DNA of 64,000 nucleotides from Oikopleura dioica (GCA_907165135.1 OU015566.1:11842001-11906000); one strand, 5' to 3'. Positions 1 to 13,100 are shown, numbered from the stretch's first letter. Made by a program: numbers and translations. The notes: generated from the letters alone by a model not told the origin.

Positions 1-1034
1 GTTGTGAGGTGGCCTCCGTGCGGTTTTTCAACAGCCGCGCCACAACGCTTCAACACACACACACGCGCACAACGACTACCACACAACACGAGAAAGCGAC
101 AGGTTTGAAACTCGATCGCTATCTCCCTCTCCCCGCACATCACGCACGCGTTTTCGATTTTTTTACAAACACGATAACATTTTTTCAAGCGCTAAAGATA
201 AAGTTTAAATATTTTTTTATAAAAAAAAGAAGAAGAAAATAAAAATGTAGAGAGCTGTGGCGAAGAAGATCACATATAAAAATAACGTAAGATTAAAATA
301 ATTAATTCAAGGAATAAAATTTCACTGACAGTACCTTCGGAACCAAAATTTAGGTTCAAGTTTACCGTGAAAATCCACTGAAAATGGATATAAGCCACTT
401 AAATTTTAATAAATAATATTCATATCGTCTATAACAAAGATTGAGTTCACGTCAAAGATTATGGTTCTAGATATGTTCATTCTTCAAGAAAATATTCAAT
501 AAATTGAATAACACGTGCATAAGTGCTAAAAACAGAACTTTCAGGAAAGTTGAATTTGTGTGAGCGGGAGAAAACGGCAAGTTGTTTGTTTTGATTTCTG
601 AAGTCGATCGGCTGTGTGGCAACGTTGCTTTGTTTGCTATGTTTGGTTGTTGACGAGAGGACTCAAACTCAACAAGAAAGAAGAAAAAGAGAGATCCAAA
701 ATCACCGTAACAAAGAGCGCGCTTTCTCTAATCTGCAAATTACAACAACAGAAGAAGATGGAAATTGACAGGAATCGGATTTAACAGCTTTGGTAGATAT
801 TTCGGTCACCAAAATTTTTAATTTCATCGACCATCATTGACGTAAAATGAATATTTTTTGGAGACACATTTCTTGAGGCCCCAAAATCATAAAAAAACAA
901 GAGGATCTAAAATCCAAAAATAAGCATATTTAAAATCGATGCAGCTGTAAAAGGTGCTCCGGACGGTGTCAAGTTTTTATCGACCGTCTTGAACAAGCAG
1001 CTAGGATTGAAATCGACTCATCTGCTGGACAAGG

Positions 1035-3203
1035 ATGTTCTTTTTGGTAAGGCTAATTGTTTGTCGACAACATTCGAGGACATGGTTTATTTTAGATAGT
1101 GGCAAGATGGAGAAGCTGTTCCTCGACCATGTGTTGCTCCTCTGGAGCGTGAAGGAACGCGAGAGCTGGAGGGAGAAAGTTGAGGAGTATTTACGCGATC
1201 GATTGAAAAATATACCAGTGCTCAAGTACACGGATAAGCTCGGAAAACAGGCTGATGGAAACTGGGTCTTCTCGAACAAGGCTCAATTTTATTCCAATGG
1301 GTAAGCCGCACCTTATTTTGATCGAAGACAAATCCTAAAGCTCTTATATAGAGCTCAAATACCAGAAGACATGACTCAATTCTACCATCCATCGAGCCTC
1401 GACGAATCCTTCCCAAGAGAGTCTTCTCAAGAAGATCATCTCCGAAACTTTCTTCTTTCGGTTCGAAATGCCCACAATGGCTCGATTGCTCCAGCACTTC
1501 TCTTCTCTGCTTTCGTGTTGAAATTCCACGAGCCCGTTTTTGAAGTCTTGCGGTTATCCAGCGGTGCTGCGAAAGCCCCAAAATTTTTGTCGTCGAAGAA
1601 GGCTGGACTTCTATGTAAAAGCTTTTCGAACATCACGAGCATAAAGGATGGAGTCAATGTTGTTGAGAACGAAGAGCACATTGTCGATTTCTTGAATTCA
1701 AGCGATGGAGATGTTTTCGAAAACGTTTTGGTCGAGATTCCTTTTAGCGAAAACATGACAAGTTCCGCGAATTCAAAAGGTTTTTTCAATTCCCATGTTC
1801 GATCACTATCTAATTTTTTTTCAGAATTCGTCAAGAACTGGGTAAAATCACCAAGCTCCAAGTACAACTGCCTTTCACAACTCATCAAGCTTGAGAAGGC
1901 TCTCTCGGCTGACTCGTTTGACGAACGCTTCCGAGGATGGCTAGAGCTTATAAACAAAAAAGACAAAGAAATTAAGATCAATCTAGCGATTCTGTTTGCG
2001 ACTGTGGAGCTTCTCGGTGACATTCACGGAGATTGGGACAAAGCAAAAGTCCAGGTTGCTATTTTTATTAAAAGATATTTTGAAAAATATGATTTTAGGA
2101 ACTCGCATCAAAAATTTTGGGCGACGACTTCAAATCACCGTTGAAAAGACCTGCTCACAACGGATTTCTTTCAACAGTTGCAAATAAGCTTCCGCGAATA
2201 GAGTCTGTTCCGACTGTTCAGTCGCACCTTGGAGCAGTAGCACTGGCAAATTATCAGCCACAAGTATCGTCTTCCTTTCCTTCTTCATCCCTTGCATCAT
2301 CGCTTCTGAAAACGACGAGTTCGTCAGTTTCTTTCACCGGAGAGCATGAAAACCTTCCGCCCATTGATGGATTAGGTCAGTAAAATCATAAAATCAATGT
2401 TTTAATTGAATCAAGGAGGGCTAATATATTCATCACGACCGGAACAAAAATATCTTCTCTTTCTCCACCTGCCCCGCCCGGACAGAATTCATCGACTGTG
2501 AGCTTTTCCGGTGACGCGGAACCCCAGAAAGAAGAAATAGAAGGTAGGACTACCTTGGAGACAAAGCCTTAGTTTATTTAGCTTTGATGCAGAATCCACT
2601 GACAACCGAAAACATGCATAAAATCGTCAACGCAATAATCGCTTTCTTCCTCGGACAAATTCCGCCGAATCGAGACCCAAAAGACTTCATTCGCAGCTCT
2701 TACAGAACAAGAGACAGTACTGAGGTCTACCTCGCTCTTCGACTTCCGATTCTTCGGCGGCTGCTGGATGCGGAGACAAGGAAGGTATTCCGCGATATTT
2801 TGGACAGCTGTGGAGGACAAAGACAACAAACAAGATTTGGCTCTGATTCGACCTCGGCGCAGCTTATTCCGCGAGATTTGGTTTCCAAGACGAATTTGGA
2901 CAGGATCGAAGTGATGATAAGAAATAGAGCTGGTAAGTTGATCAAGACAAGTCTTACTTGAATACTGTCTGTGTCAGATTTTCATCGTTGATTTCAGAAC
3001 AACGAAAAATGCTTCAAACGACCCGTCCTCTCGGAATGCCCTCGATGGTCCATTCTGGACTCAGTTTGCTACCCGAAAACCTGCAAATGCTAAACGACTG
3101 CCCACCGCAAAAACAGCTCAAGCTCGGAGATATCCTGACAGAGGAGAACTCGTTATCGTTTGATGCCGAAGAGTGTTCTGTAAAAATTGAAGGTGTTGAG
3201 TAG
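1035..3203 (+). CDS. Hypothetical multi-exon protein, no recognisable domain
   Basis: ORF-track segments 1035-1304, 1371-2144, 2117-2383, 2584-2961 and 2958-3203 can be joined through short GT-AG introns (e.g. gtaag near 1301, gtagg near 2544, gtaag near 2932). The start codon is uncertain. Confidence 0.5.
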
Positions 3204-3642
3204 AATTATTTATTGCAAACTATTTATATAATAAAAGAGAGCTGATTTAGAGTTGTCATGATCTGTTTTTGCAAAAAAAGAGAGAGCAACCAAGAGAATC
3301 AGTGGACTAAGGCCTAAGCATGAAGGCTTTTCAGTACGACGTGTTTACCAAAAATCTGACCTATCAATTCGTAAATTTTTTAAGTGAATTCAAGGCAAGA
3401 GAATCTCCTTTGAATAGATTCCTTTCGAAATTATGATTAGGTTCGTTAACCCCGTGAACCAAAACCGGCATGTGAACATGCCCCTTTACCCTCCGATAGC
3501 ACAGTTTCAAACGAAGGTATCGATGTTCGCTACTGTCTCACGGAAAATTATCAGTATTTATTGCTCCCTGCTGCTATTCTCCGCCCCGATCGACTAACGG
3601 TTTTTAACTAACGGGTCAGAAGTATTTCTGCTCATTTTCAAA

Positions 3643-5556
3643 ATGAGCATCCCGGCTTTCGCTGTGGCCTCTGCCCTTGAGGCCTCGAACGTGCTGGTCG
3701 ACAAGAAAGAGAGTTTCACGATCAAAGCAATCTTCAAAACTGATCGTTTTGTAACGAATGCTCTGACTGCCCTGCCTGCTATCGCCTTGGCCTCCCTTTT
3801 GGTAAGAGGTTTTTTCAGCAGAGTCATTCAAGAGAAATTTAGATTATCAAGCCGTCGAGTTTTACGACGGACATAGTCACTTGTACCATCAGGACCAAGC
3901 CTGAAGCGCACTCTCTCTCTGGTCATCTAATCCACGATAACTCCCAGCTCGCCGACCAAAACTTCATCAATGCCTACTGCAACGCCAACTTGAAGAACTA
4001 TACAGTCGATGCAAATGGAATTGTTGCTCCTACCAAGCCGATGTCTTACAAATTCGTCAAGATGTTTCCTTTCCATTTGCTGACTCTGATCATAATTGGT
4101 GGCTGGGTAAGCAATCTTCAGAAAGATTTAGGTCACATGTAAAATTTACTCAAGACTGGACTTTGCTGGGAGATAACGAGTAAAAAACGGTTGAGCCAGG
4201 CTGAGTATCTTTTCGATGGCTTGGAAGAAGCAGCAGGAGACCTTATTAATGCTCTCCGCTCGATTTCCCATCTTCTGGCTGCGAAAACCACGAAGAAACT
4301 CAAAAAAACTTCTCAGAGTGGTGGAACTTTGGCGAGAATGAAGGCGAATCGTAACGTTTAGGGTTAATTACTTAGCTATAAGTATATATTTTACGTTGAA
4401 AACTGAACCCCGAAAAGCGAGAATGTCTCATCGAGAAACTCAAGCCATGACCCTCTGCAAACTGGACTCCTACCCGGCTGATGCAACAATCACACGAAGA
4501 AATAATAATGGCTACGACCACGATTCTGACAAAGAAGATACTGAAGCCTTTATTGTTTGTAACTTACGGCGAACACCTAAGAGTAAAATTCAATTTTAGA
4601 AAAATGACTCTCAAGTGGACATGAACGATGAAGAAATCCAATCTTTCCGAAATCTTTCGCATAAAATTCAGGAACTGGAGGTCAGATCGAGAAAAGATAG
4701 GAATTTATAGCCACATGACATCCTTTTGTCAGACGTCTCTCGACAAGTACTACGCCGAGAACAATATTTATGCGAAATTCATCGAGTTTGATGAGTATCT
4801 TGAGACCCGCGCATCCTCGAAACAATTCATCAGAACCGTTGATCTGAACAGATTGAACTCGTTTCTGATGACTTTGGTTTGTGCTGGGACTCTAGGATAC
4901 TTCTACATCTGGCGACTTCTCTGTAAGAAACAAACTTGATTCAAATAATCTGAATATTGCAATATTTTAGTCGTTTCGAAGGGTATCAATTGCAAACTGC
5001 CTGAGGTCTACTGGTACAAATACATGCCAAAAGCCTTGAACATTTCGGAAGGACCCCAAGAAGAGCAGACATGGACCACGACCAAATGCTACTTCAAGAG
5101 CTTGGGCACTTGGGAACGATTCGCGGAGATTCTCTTTGTCCTCTATGTTTTCATGGCTTTGTTTCAGGTAGAGATAAATTTTTGCCGACTCAGCCAACAG
5201 AGCTTATTCTAGATCTTTTTTGCCCGCAGCTCATCTCTAAATTGGAAGAAGGCTGATCGACTCATCAAATATCTTCCTCTGAACATTGCCCTCAAACGAA
5301 ACTCAGTGACTGACCTGCATCTTTTGATTGCAAAAGTTTCTGAAAACGAAAATGCCAGAAAGGTAAAAAAAAATAAGGAACTAAAGATTCAATATTTTAG
5401 TCAATTGCCATGTGCGACAAGGTTCTCTCGGCCTTGGAAAAATACGAGCAAGAGGAAAAATTCCTGCCTGTTCTGATGGAAGTCATCGTTTGGTCTGCGA
5501 CAGACGAAAAGGTTGGCGATATCGTCAAGAAAGTCCTCCAGCCGAAAGACAAATAG
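3643..5556 (+). CDS. panx: Pannexin/innexin-family channel protein (multi-exon)
   Basis: Spliced translation shows four TM-like segments. Loop 1 has two Cys (DIVTC...NFINAYC) followed by KMFPFHLL (cf. pannexin KFFPYILL). It also has DEYLETRASSKQFI before TM3, loop 2 GINCKLP...TKCYF, and a C-terminal NSVTDLHLLIAKVSEN (cf. NDLSLYNLFLEEN). The exon junction near 4600-4710 is unresolved. Confidence 0.8.
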
Positions 5557-6006
5557 AAAGCCTTCTTTATTCCTGCAACTCTTATCCTGACTTTCGCATT
5601 TGCAGTAAAAATACTCCTGCCTGGCCTTGGAATCATGTTAATTAAAACTTTACCAAGATTCCGAGGTCATGTCGGGAGCCATCTAATACTAACCCTAGTA
5701 GACTTTTTTGCTCAAATAATCTCCTCTGTACCCTTTCTTCCTTATTCTTACGTGAGCATTAAACTAACTTTCAAATAATAAAATCGACAAAACTGATGTT
5801 TTCAGATATTGTGTATAATTGTAATGAATAAGGGAAAATACCCGAATAATGAAAATAAATCAAAATGTCAAGTCAGGCTGACTTAGTCAGCGAGAAACTC
5901 ATTCGCAACATTTCCTTTTTACGGCGTTAGAGGGAAAAGTTTCCTTATTTGATTATTATGATTTCTCGCTCACCAGCTTATTTACTATAAACAGAAAAAT
6001 AACACG

Positions 6007-6430
6007 ATGAACATTGACCGTTCCACAAGAAATGACCAGATAATCAGGATCGCAGATCCACCTTCCTACGAAGTCTCTATGTCTACAGCTCAGTGGACAT
6101 CAGGTAAACTTAAGCTAGCAAAACCAAATTGACTTAAAATAAGTCCCGATTCCGCTTTCTCCAAGCCAGTCCTATACTCAACCTGCAACTCAACAACGAT
6201 TATCTCAGAACAAAAGAAATTTTATGAGAGAATTATGGGCTAGTATTTATTCGCTACTTAGATATGCAGCTGCTTATGTTCTTTGCTTATTTTTTCTGCT
6301 GATCTTTGCAGCAATTCCAGTTATCTTTATTCACCTCGTAACTTCCAAAATAAGTTCATTTTTTAGTTTCTTATTTATTCTTGTGTACTGTGCTTTTATT
6401 TTTCGCATAATTTATGATTGCACAAAATAA
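6007..6430 (+). CDS. Small PPxY-motif protein with C-terminal hydrophobic segments
   Basis: MNIDRSTRNDQIIRIADPPSYEVSMSTAQWTS, then an intron (gtaaac...aag), then VPIP...LRYAAAYVLCLFFLLIFAAIPVIFIHL. Paralogous to 25131-25517. Confidence 0.55.
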
Positions 6431-6700
6431 TATCTGTGCTGCATCTTTTTTCAATTTTTCCTTTTACGGACACTGATCTTTTTGTTTCTTTTATATTTTC
6501 CTGCTCATTTTAAGGACAAAAAACATCGAAAAATTATGATTTTTATGTTTATTGATTGATTTGACTAGAAGGAGTTGTTTCAACAACTCACAGTGAAGTG
6601 TATAAAGAGAAATGGTTGAAGGAGAAAGAGAACAGGGCAGAAGGTTGTACGAGCTTTTGAAGCTTACAGCCAGTGAGAGGTTCTGCCATCGGCGGTTTGA

Positions 6701-7675
6701 TTAGTTTCCATAGACGACTTGGGAGTTGGTCTCCTCGTTGACGAGAGTTCGCTCACCGGTGACGGGGTCGACTTGCCAGGTGCGGAAGACGGTGTCGACG
6801 GTCTGTGGCTGCTGGACGATGACTGGCTCGGGCTCGACGTAGGTGTAGACGGGCTCGCATCGGGTCTGACCTTGGGTCATCATCATGTAGAAGATGAGGC
6901 TCTCGTTGTTGTCGGAGGAATCGTCAGACATGAGGAGGAGAGGAAGGAGCATGTTGGTGGAGAAGGCGGTGTTGGGAGCCTGGGACTGGAGGGCGAACAT
7001 GACGAGGAGCAAGTCAGTGTCGAGACTATCGTTGGACGAGTTGTTGTCGTCGTCGAGGAGGACAAGTGGGAGGAGCATGTTGAAGTTGTTGTCGAATCCC
7101 TGCTGGGTGGTCATGCCGCCGGTCATGGAGTTGAGAAGGACCATGAGGAGGATGTTGTCGTTGTTGTTGCTGCTGCTGTCGTCATCGAGAAGGAGCATGT
7201 AGGGAAGGATGTTATCCATGCCGAAGGGTTGGTTGCCCATGGTGGTCAACATAAGCATGAGCATCAAGTTGTCAGAGGAAGAGTCGTTATCATCGAGGAG
7301 GAGAAGGGGCAAGAGGTTGCCGAAGACGTCGTCGGTTCGGACGTTGCAATCGTTCTGCATCATTGTCGAGTAGAGGAAGAGCGAGAGGAAGTCAGTGCCG
7401 TTGGAGTTGCTGTCATCGTCATCGAGGAGGAGGAAGGGAAGGATCATGTTAGTGTCGGCCATGTTGTTGTTTCCCTGCATCATCATCATCATGAGAACGA
7501 GAGCGTTGTCGGTGCTGGTAGAGTTGTTATCGTCATCGAGAAGAACGAGAGGGAGAAGCATGTTCATCTGGTTGGTCTGGGTGGGAGCGATCTGCTGCTG
7601 CTGCATCATCATCAGGGCGAGCAGGGACGAGTCGATCGCCTGGGCAAGGGCGAAAAAGAGGGCGAAGATCTTCAT
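6701..7675 (-). CDS. Secreted acidic, Met/Leu-rich repetitive protein (oikosin/house-protein-like)
   Basis: Intronless 324-aa ORF with signal peptide MKIFALFFALAQA and about 7 modules of LLPLLLL-DDD-(N/S)n-LLMMMM. Codon usage is strongly C/G-ending. The functional label is inference. Confidence 0.8.
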   Translation of the reverse strand: MKIFALFFALAQAIDSSLLALMMMQQQQIAPTQTNQMNMLLPLVLLDDDNNSTSTDNALVLMMMMMQGNNNMADTNMILPFLLLDDDDSNSNGTDFLSLFLYSTMMQNDCNVRTDDVFGNLLPLLLLDDNDSSSDNLMLMLMLTTMGNQPFGMDNILPYMLLLDDDSSSNNNDNILLMVLLNSMTGGMTTQQGFDNNFNMLLPLVLLDDDNNSSNDSLDTDLLLVMFALQSQAPNTAFSTNMLLPLLLMSDDSSDNNESLIFYMMMTQGQTRCEPVYTYVEPEPVIVQQPQTVDTVFRTWQVDPVTGERTLVNEETNSQVVYGN

Positions 7676-10170
7676 CTTGGCGGTGGTGCTGGTTAGCTCT
7701 TGAAGAAGTGAAAAAAGTTTTTTTTTGCTCCTTTTCTTTTAGCTCGTTTGAGTAATTGAAAGTTGGAGATTGATGATCTCTACCGGTTCTGGCCGCGGTT
7801 AAATATTGCGATGGCCACCTACCGATCGGTTCGTTTCACGCTCGGGTAGAATTCACGGCTGATCGGAATCGCGAAACGTACCCATTTGCGTTCTGCAAGA
7901 CTGAACAGGGATGAACTCGGGGAGCTGATCTGAGGGGATGAAAGAGACACGTATTTATGGGCTCATAAAGACATCAGCTTCTTTATGGATAGATTGATTC
8001 CTGCTCAGCTGATTTTATATTCTCCATGATCAGACTCTGTTTTATCGCTTTGAGTCGGGACAAGAAGATGGTAACCATGCAAATCGAATAGATGGTATTT
8101 CAAAATTTATTCATAATAAATGCTATACCAGGCAACAAAGATAGATAACAAAATAGTGACAGTGATTAAATAGGTTTGAAATCTTATATTTTCACTTTTA
8201 TGTGCCCTTTTAATATTTTTTTTCAATGAAATGGAATAAGCGAGAAGCAATTCAGCTACCCGTCGAGTAATGGCACAAATGGAAAAGAAAATTCTAGCGA
8301 AGATAATTGAGTGTATATCTTTTGTTTAAATTGAGTAACTTTTTGAAAAACTGGTTGACAGGTGGTAAATTAGGATAGTGAAGAGTAGAAAATAGGAATC
8401 GTTTTCCCGAGAAGAGGCTGATTTTTATCTAGCCAAGGCCAAATGTCTTCCAGAGCCAGCCGACGAGCATGAGAATCAGCAGCGTGCAGCAAGCGAGAAT
8501 TGCAAGTTTTTTCTAAGGGAATAAGTTTAAAAAAAAAATTGAGTAAAAATATTGAAAAATCATAACATTGATTTTCTTGGTGACTAAATATAGTTTCTTA
8601 TCATTCTTTCAGCGAATATAGGAATTTAAGTGCAGCAATTTTGTCTTTGAGCAAGAATCTTTTAAATTTATAAGTTGCAAATTTGAAAATTATGTTGATA
8701 CCAAAATATCCACCCCTGGTCTAGTCGATTTTAGATAAATAAAAAAATTATGTAAAATTTCATAATTTTCATTGATATTATAATTTTGCACGAAATTTTC
8801 GCCCCTAAAGGATGCATTAAACCATGGCTCAACTAAGAAAAGGCTCGATCCGAGGAAGAGTCTTGATTGAAGGGGTTCAATCAGTCGGAACGTATAATAA
8901 CAAGAGTGGAAGTTCTTGGGACCAAGTGGTGCATAAACGCGGGTATCTAAAATTTCACGGAACTGGACTAATACAACACAAACAAGTGCTCTTTGGAGGA
9001 TTTTAAGCTCCAGTGATTTTGGATGATGCAATCTTTCGAGCAGCTGTTCTCCCAACTTTGGGCGAGAAATGCACTCCTTCTCGATTGAATTTAGTGAATT
9101 GAAAGTTCAAGTTCGATCCTCCACGAGGATTCTGAGACGCGGCCTTAGTCCGGCTGCAATTGAAGATCGACGTGGTTAGATTGCTCGTGGCTGTTAGTAG
9201 CCATGATATTGAGTGGTAGATCGATACGTGTCAGTTTGGCTAATTTATTTTTCGCCGAACAGCTCACTTGCTTGATTAACAACCCAAACACACTCTGTTT
9301 TAACGTCTGTCTAATCAAATTATTTCGTCGAAGCTCTGAGCCAATAATGCAAAAATATACATATTATCGTCTTTATAATTCTATATATTATTATATAGAT
9401 TTATAATCTTTATTTTATAGTATAAAAAACCTGCCCTGCTTTCTGCAACAAATTGACAACATAAAACAAACTCAATGAATTTCCCAAAGAATTTTCTTTT
9501 CTTTCTCTTTTGGAAAATTCAATGACAGAATCACGTGACAAACAAGTACGAGACAAATACACAATTGAACTTTTTAAATAGTTTTAATAATTTACGAACC
9601 AGTTAAATAACTGTGTTGTGAAATTTCAGAGCAACGAATGAAGTGGTTTTTTTTTGTCGAGTGCGAGGGGAAGGAAATAAATTAGGGTTGTTTTAAAGCG
9701 ACGAATACAGCTAGTTTGTTTAAATTTTCTTGACAGCGCGTTTTCAAAACGACCAGGGCCACGAAAAAGGCCGCAAGGAGGAGAAGAAATAATGTCAACT
9801 GGGCTGCTTTCAGCTACAGAAAATTAAAGTTAATTTATTCTAGCGCTTCTGTCTCAAAAATGCTATAAAAGGTACGAAAATAAATGGTAGTAATAAAAGC
9901 ACTCTTCAACCCCACTCACACTCAAGCAAACAGAACAAATGGTAGGTTAGCAGATGAATGAAAATCACAAGACATGAATGATTGAAGACATTTTTGTTAG
10001 GTGAAGACATTATTTACAATATTTATATATAAAGTAAACACAGAGTTGATATCCTTGGAACTGCGAATGCTAATGGTTTTGGCTTTTTTAAATACTTTGC
10101 TTCTAGAGGTTTTTGACGGACTTTGAAAGTATCATTCTTTTTTTTTTGATATTGACTTTGACTTTGAATT

Positions 10171-13100
10171 CTAGTTTTGAGTTTCTGCGGTGTCGTCTTT
10201 GGGCGCGAATTTAATCGCCAAAACGATGACGATTATGCAGAGTACGAGGACGCAGATCGAAATCAAGATGATCTTTTTCTGGAAAAAATGTTAAGATGGA
10301 GGCGAAAAATTGAAAAATTCTAGGGAAAAAGGGAACTTGTTGAGCGTTGAACTTCTTCAGCCTCTCAGAGGACCAGGATCAGAATAAGGATGACTGTAGC
10401 TTTGGTTTCTTTTAGAGTCAACTTAGGTCAATTTAAGAACCAGAATCAGGACCAGGATGACTTTTGTTTTGGTTCACAATAATATTGGTAGCTTTCCAAA
10501 AATATTTTCTTATTGCTAATTTAACTAAGAATCTTAGTCTAAGATAGAACTTTCGAATCCTTTTTTATGAAGTCTTCAATTATTCCTAAATTAGTACAAA
10601 CCAGTCCCTATCGTTATGATCACACAAATCGTGATGGCAATGCATTTCTTAGGAAAAGAAAACAGTTAATATAATGCCTTCATATGTTAATCAATCTTGT
10701 AAATCAATAGAATCACAAATCAAATCATCGTATCACGCTCATCCGAGGTCACCGCTGAGAGTTCAAGGGGCAACAATCACTTTGTCCCTTTCTCCTTCTG
10801 TCCGGTTATTTTAACCCTCCTCAGGCGAGAGTTAAAATAATCAGACGAGCGTTGATAATGGTAGAAAACACGCGCTCAAGCCAAATCACGAACTCGAGAC
10901 TTACGGAGATCCAAAAATACAGCGCCAGTACAATCACGAGTACTGAAAGCGCCGCCGCGATTTTTAGATATTTCTGAAAATCGCATTCAAAAATTTTTAA
11001 AATAAAAATCGTGAACCGCGGCGAAAAAATAATGCATCAGTGACAACTTTGGTGTTTAAATTCTTGTGCAAAATTACAATTTTTGACGGGACGAACGTAT
11101 ATTTAGGCGGTAGATTGCAGGCTGCAATTTGCAGCGAATAAAAGTTCACTGAGGAAGGGATGTGCTGATTTATTCACGCAGTCTACCGCCAATTGTGTGG
11201 CGTTATGCGGCTTAAAAGTCTATCTATGCGGGCATATTTTTGAGGAAGGGGCAGATTTTCGACCGAAATTAACAGTATGTCTCGAATTTAAAGACAGGGT
11301 CAGGGCTGTCGATTTCGGAGCGTTTGCGATTCTCCGCGATTTTTAGCGGAAAATCCGCTGATTTTCTCCGTTTCTCCGCGCTATTCTCCGATCGTCCGAT
11401 CGGCCGATTTTATCCGCGCGCGCGGATCTTCCGCATTCTCCGCTACCCATTTTTCTCGAGCCAATCAAACGAGCCAGCAAAATTAGAAAGCCAATCAAGC
11501 GAGCTTTATTTTCGCGGATCTTCCGCATTCTCCGCTACCCTTTTTTCCGCTTCATTCCGCACGGATTTCCGCGCGGATCATCCGCGAAAAAAGTTGTGGA
11601 TTTTCCGCGGCGAAATCGCGGAGAAAAAAGAACGCTCCGAAATCGACAGCCATGGACAGGGTAAGAAAAGCTCACGACTTTTTCAGTAGTCACCTTAAGA
11701 ACTAACAATCGTATTTGAATAAATTTGGATAACTGCTATATAAAGAATAAGAAAATTGCTCAGTTATAAAAAGATTCGTTCTATTTTTTTAATTTGGTTG
11801 ACTAAAATATTAGAATTATTAATGCAAAGATAGACTTTTAATCTGGAAGCAGCCTTGGTTACGACATAAAACTTTACCCGTCTCGCTTTGGACTGGTACA
11901 TGATCGCCTTTTTAGTGTCACTGACGGCACTCGAGACGTAGTTGACCGAGTTCTCGACATTGTACTCGATGCGGTCTACCATTTCGCCCTGAATGTTAAG
12001 GTTTAATTACTTTGCGACTCTTCGTTTGGTATTCGACGGCCTTCTTCGTCTGCTCCACCGCCTTTTCGACGTAATCTTGGGTTTGGAAGACGTTATTTTC
12101 AATCCTATCGACCATATCACCCTTTAACAATTTAGATACAACGATACTGACAACAAAGAGAACTACCAAGAAGACCTCCTTTTCAAAGAAAAGTTCAGAT
12201 CTCCTTCGTAATCAAAACAACAAATAAGTACCTGCTCTTGGACAAGCTGGCACATATCCATGAATAAATCGTGCAGCTCCTTGATCGACTTCTCCAATTG
12301 TAAAATATCGTTGTGACGTGCCTCGATTTCACGCGTTTGCTGCGCGTCCATGTTAATCTAAATCCATGACTAACTACAAAATAAGACTTGAGAAGGCAGT
12401 TACCCCCGTGAACATTTGTAAGTTTCCATCTTTCGACTGTTCGATCATTTCTTCGATTTCGTTGTCTGTTGCTGCTTTTCCGATGATTCCCAGTTGTCTT
12501 TCGATCCTCTGTTTACATCGATCCCTGAAATTCAAATTCTCATTAGATTCAGGATTCTCAAGCCTGTGGCTGACCTGTATAAGTTTTGCTCCTGGTTATA
12601 CTCGTTCATAACTTTTATGAACGTCCTCGATAACGTCGAATGCTGAACAAACACGGTAAGAAATGACTGTAAATGGGCTAAGAGCACCTGAGTTTTCTTG
12701 ATACGGAAGTCTGCGGATTGGTTCTGAGTCGACTCTTCTTGCTCGATCTGTTGCTGGATTGCTTTTAGCCTCGACCGGACGCGATTTGCCGTTCGTTTGA
12801 TTTCCGCCATCAGCTCTTCCAGCTGTTCATTCAGTTCTAGATTGGTACATGAGCAAATGACTGTATATATTAATTTATCTGAAGAGATGGAAAATTGATG
12901 AGGCCCTTGAGAAAAGCAAGGGAGGTGGCTGATGGAGCGATGCTCGAAAATTGCGCTTGCTGTGTTTTTAGTTTAATCAATGGCCTCGATAGGGTGATCT
13001 CTCTCCAGACTTGACTTTTTAGGGAAGATTTAATTGGGACGGGGCTAAATTGGATAAACTTACTGTCATCTGTCTGGGCACTACTCAGGATCGTCGAATG

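Noticed and set aside
1-240. CA-rich low-complexity tract resembling 26880-27000 and the LTR element leader
   Set aside because: Similarity is compositional only. I could not align them or find termini.
6719-7696. 325-aa plus-strand ORF exactly overlapping the secreted repeat protein
   Set aside because: Antisense shadow of biased codon usage (GAC/AAC/CTC-rich sense strand). It has no signal or domain logic of its own.
10350-10462. Local imperfect duplication that could be further hydrophobic syntaxin tail exons
   Set aside because: No convincing in-phase acceptor giving a full TM segment.
11324-11689. ORFs within the MITEs (also 21198-21534 and 38481-39175)
   Set aside because: Products of GC-rich repeat arrays, with no transposase motifs.
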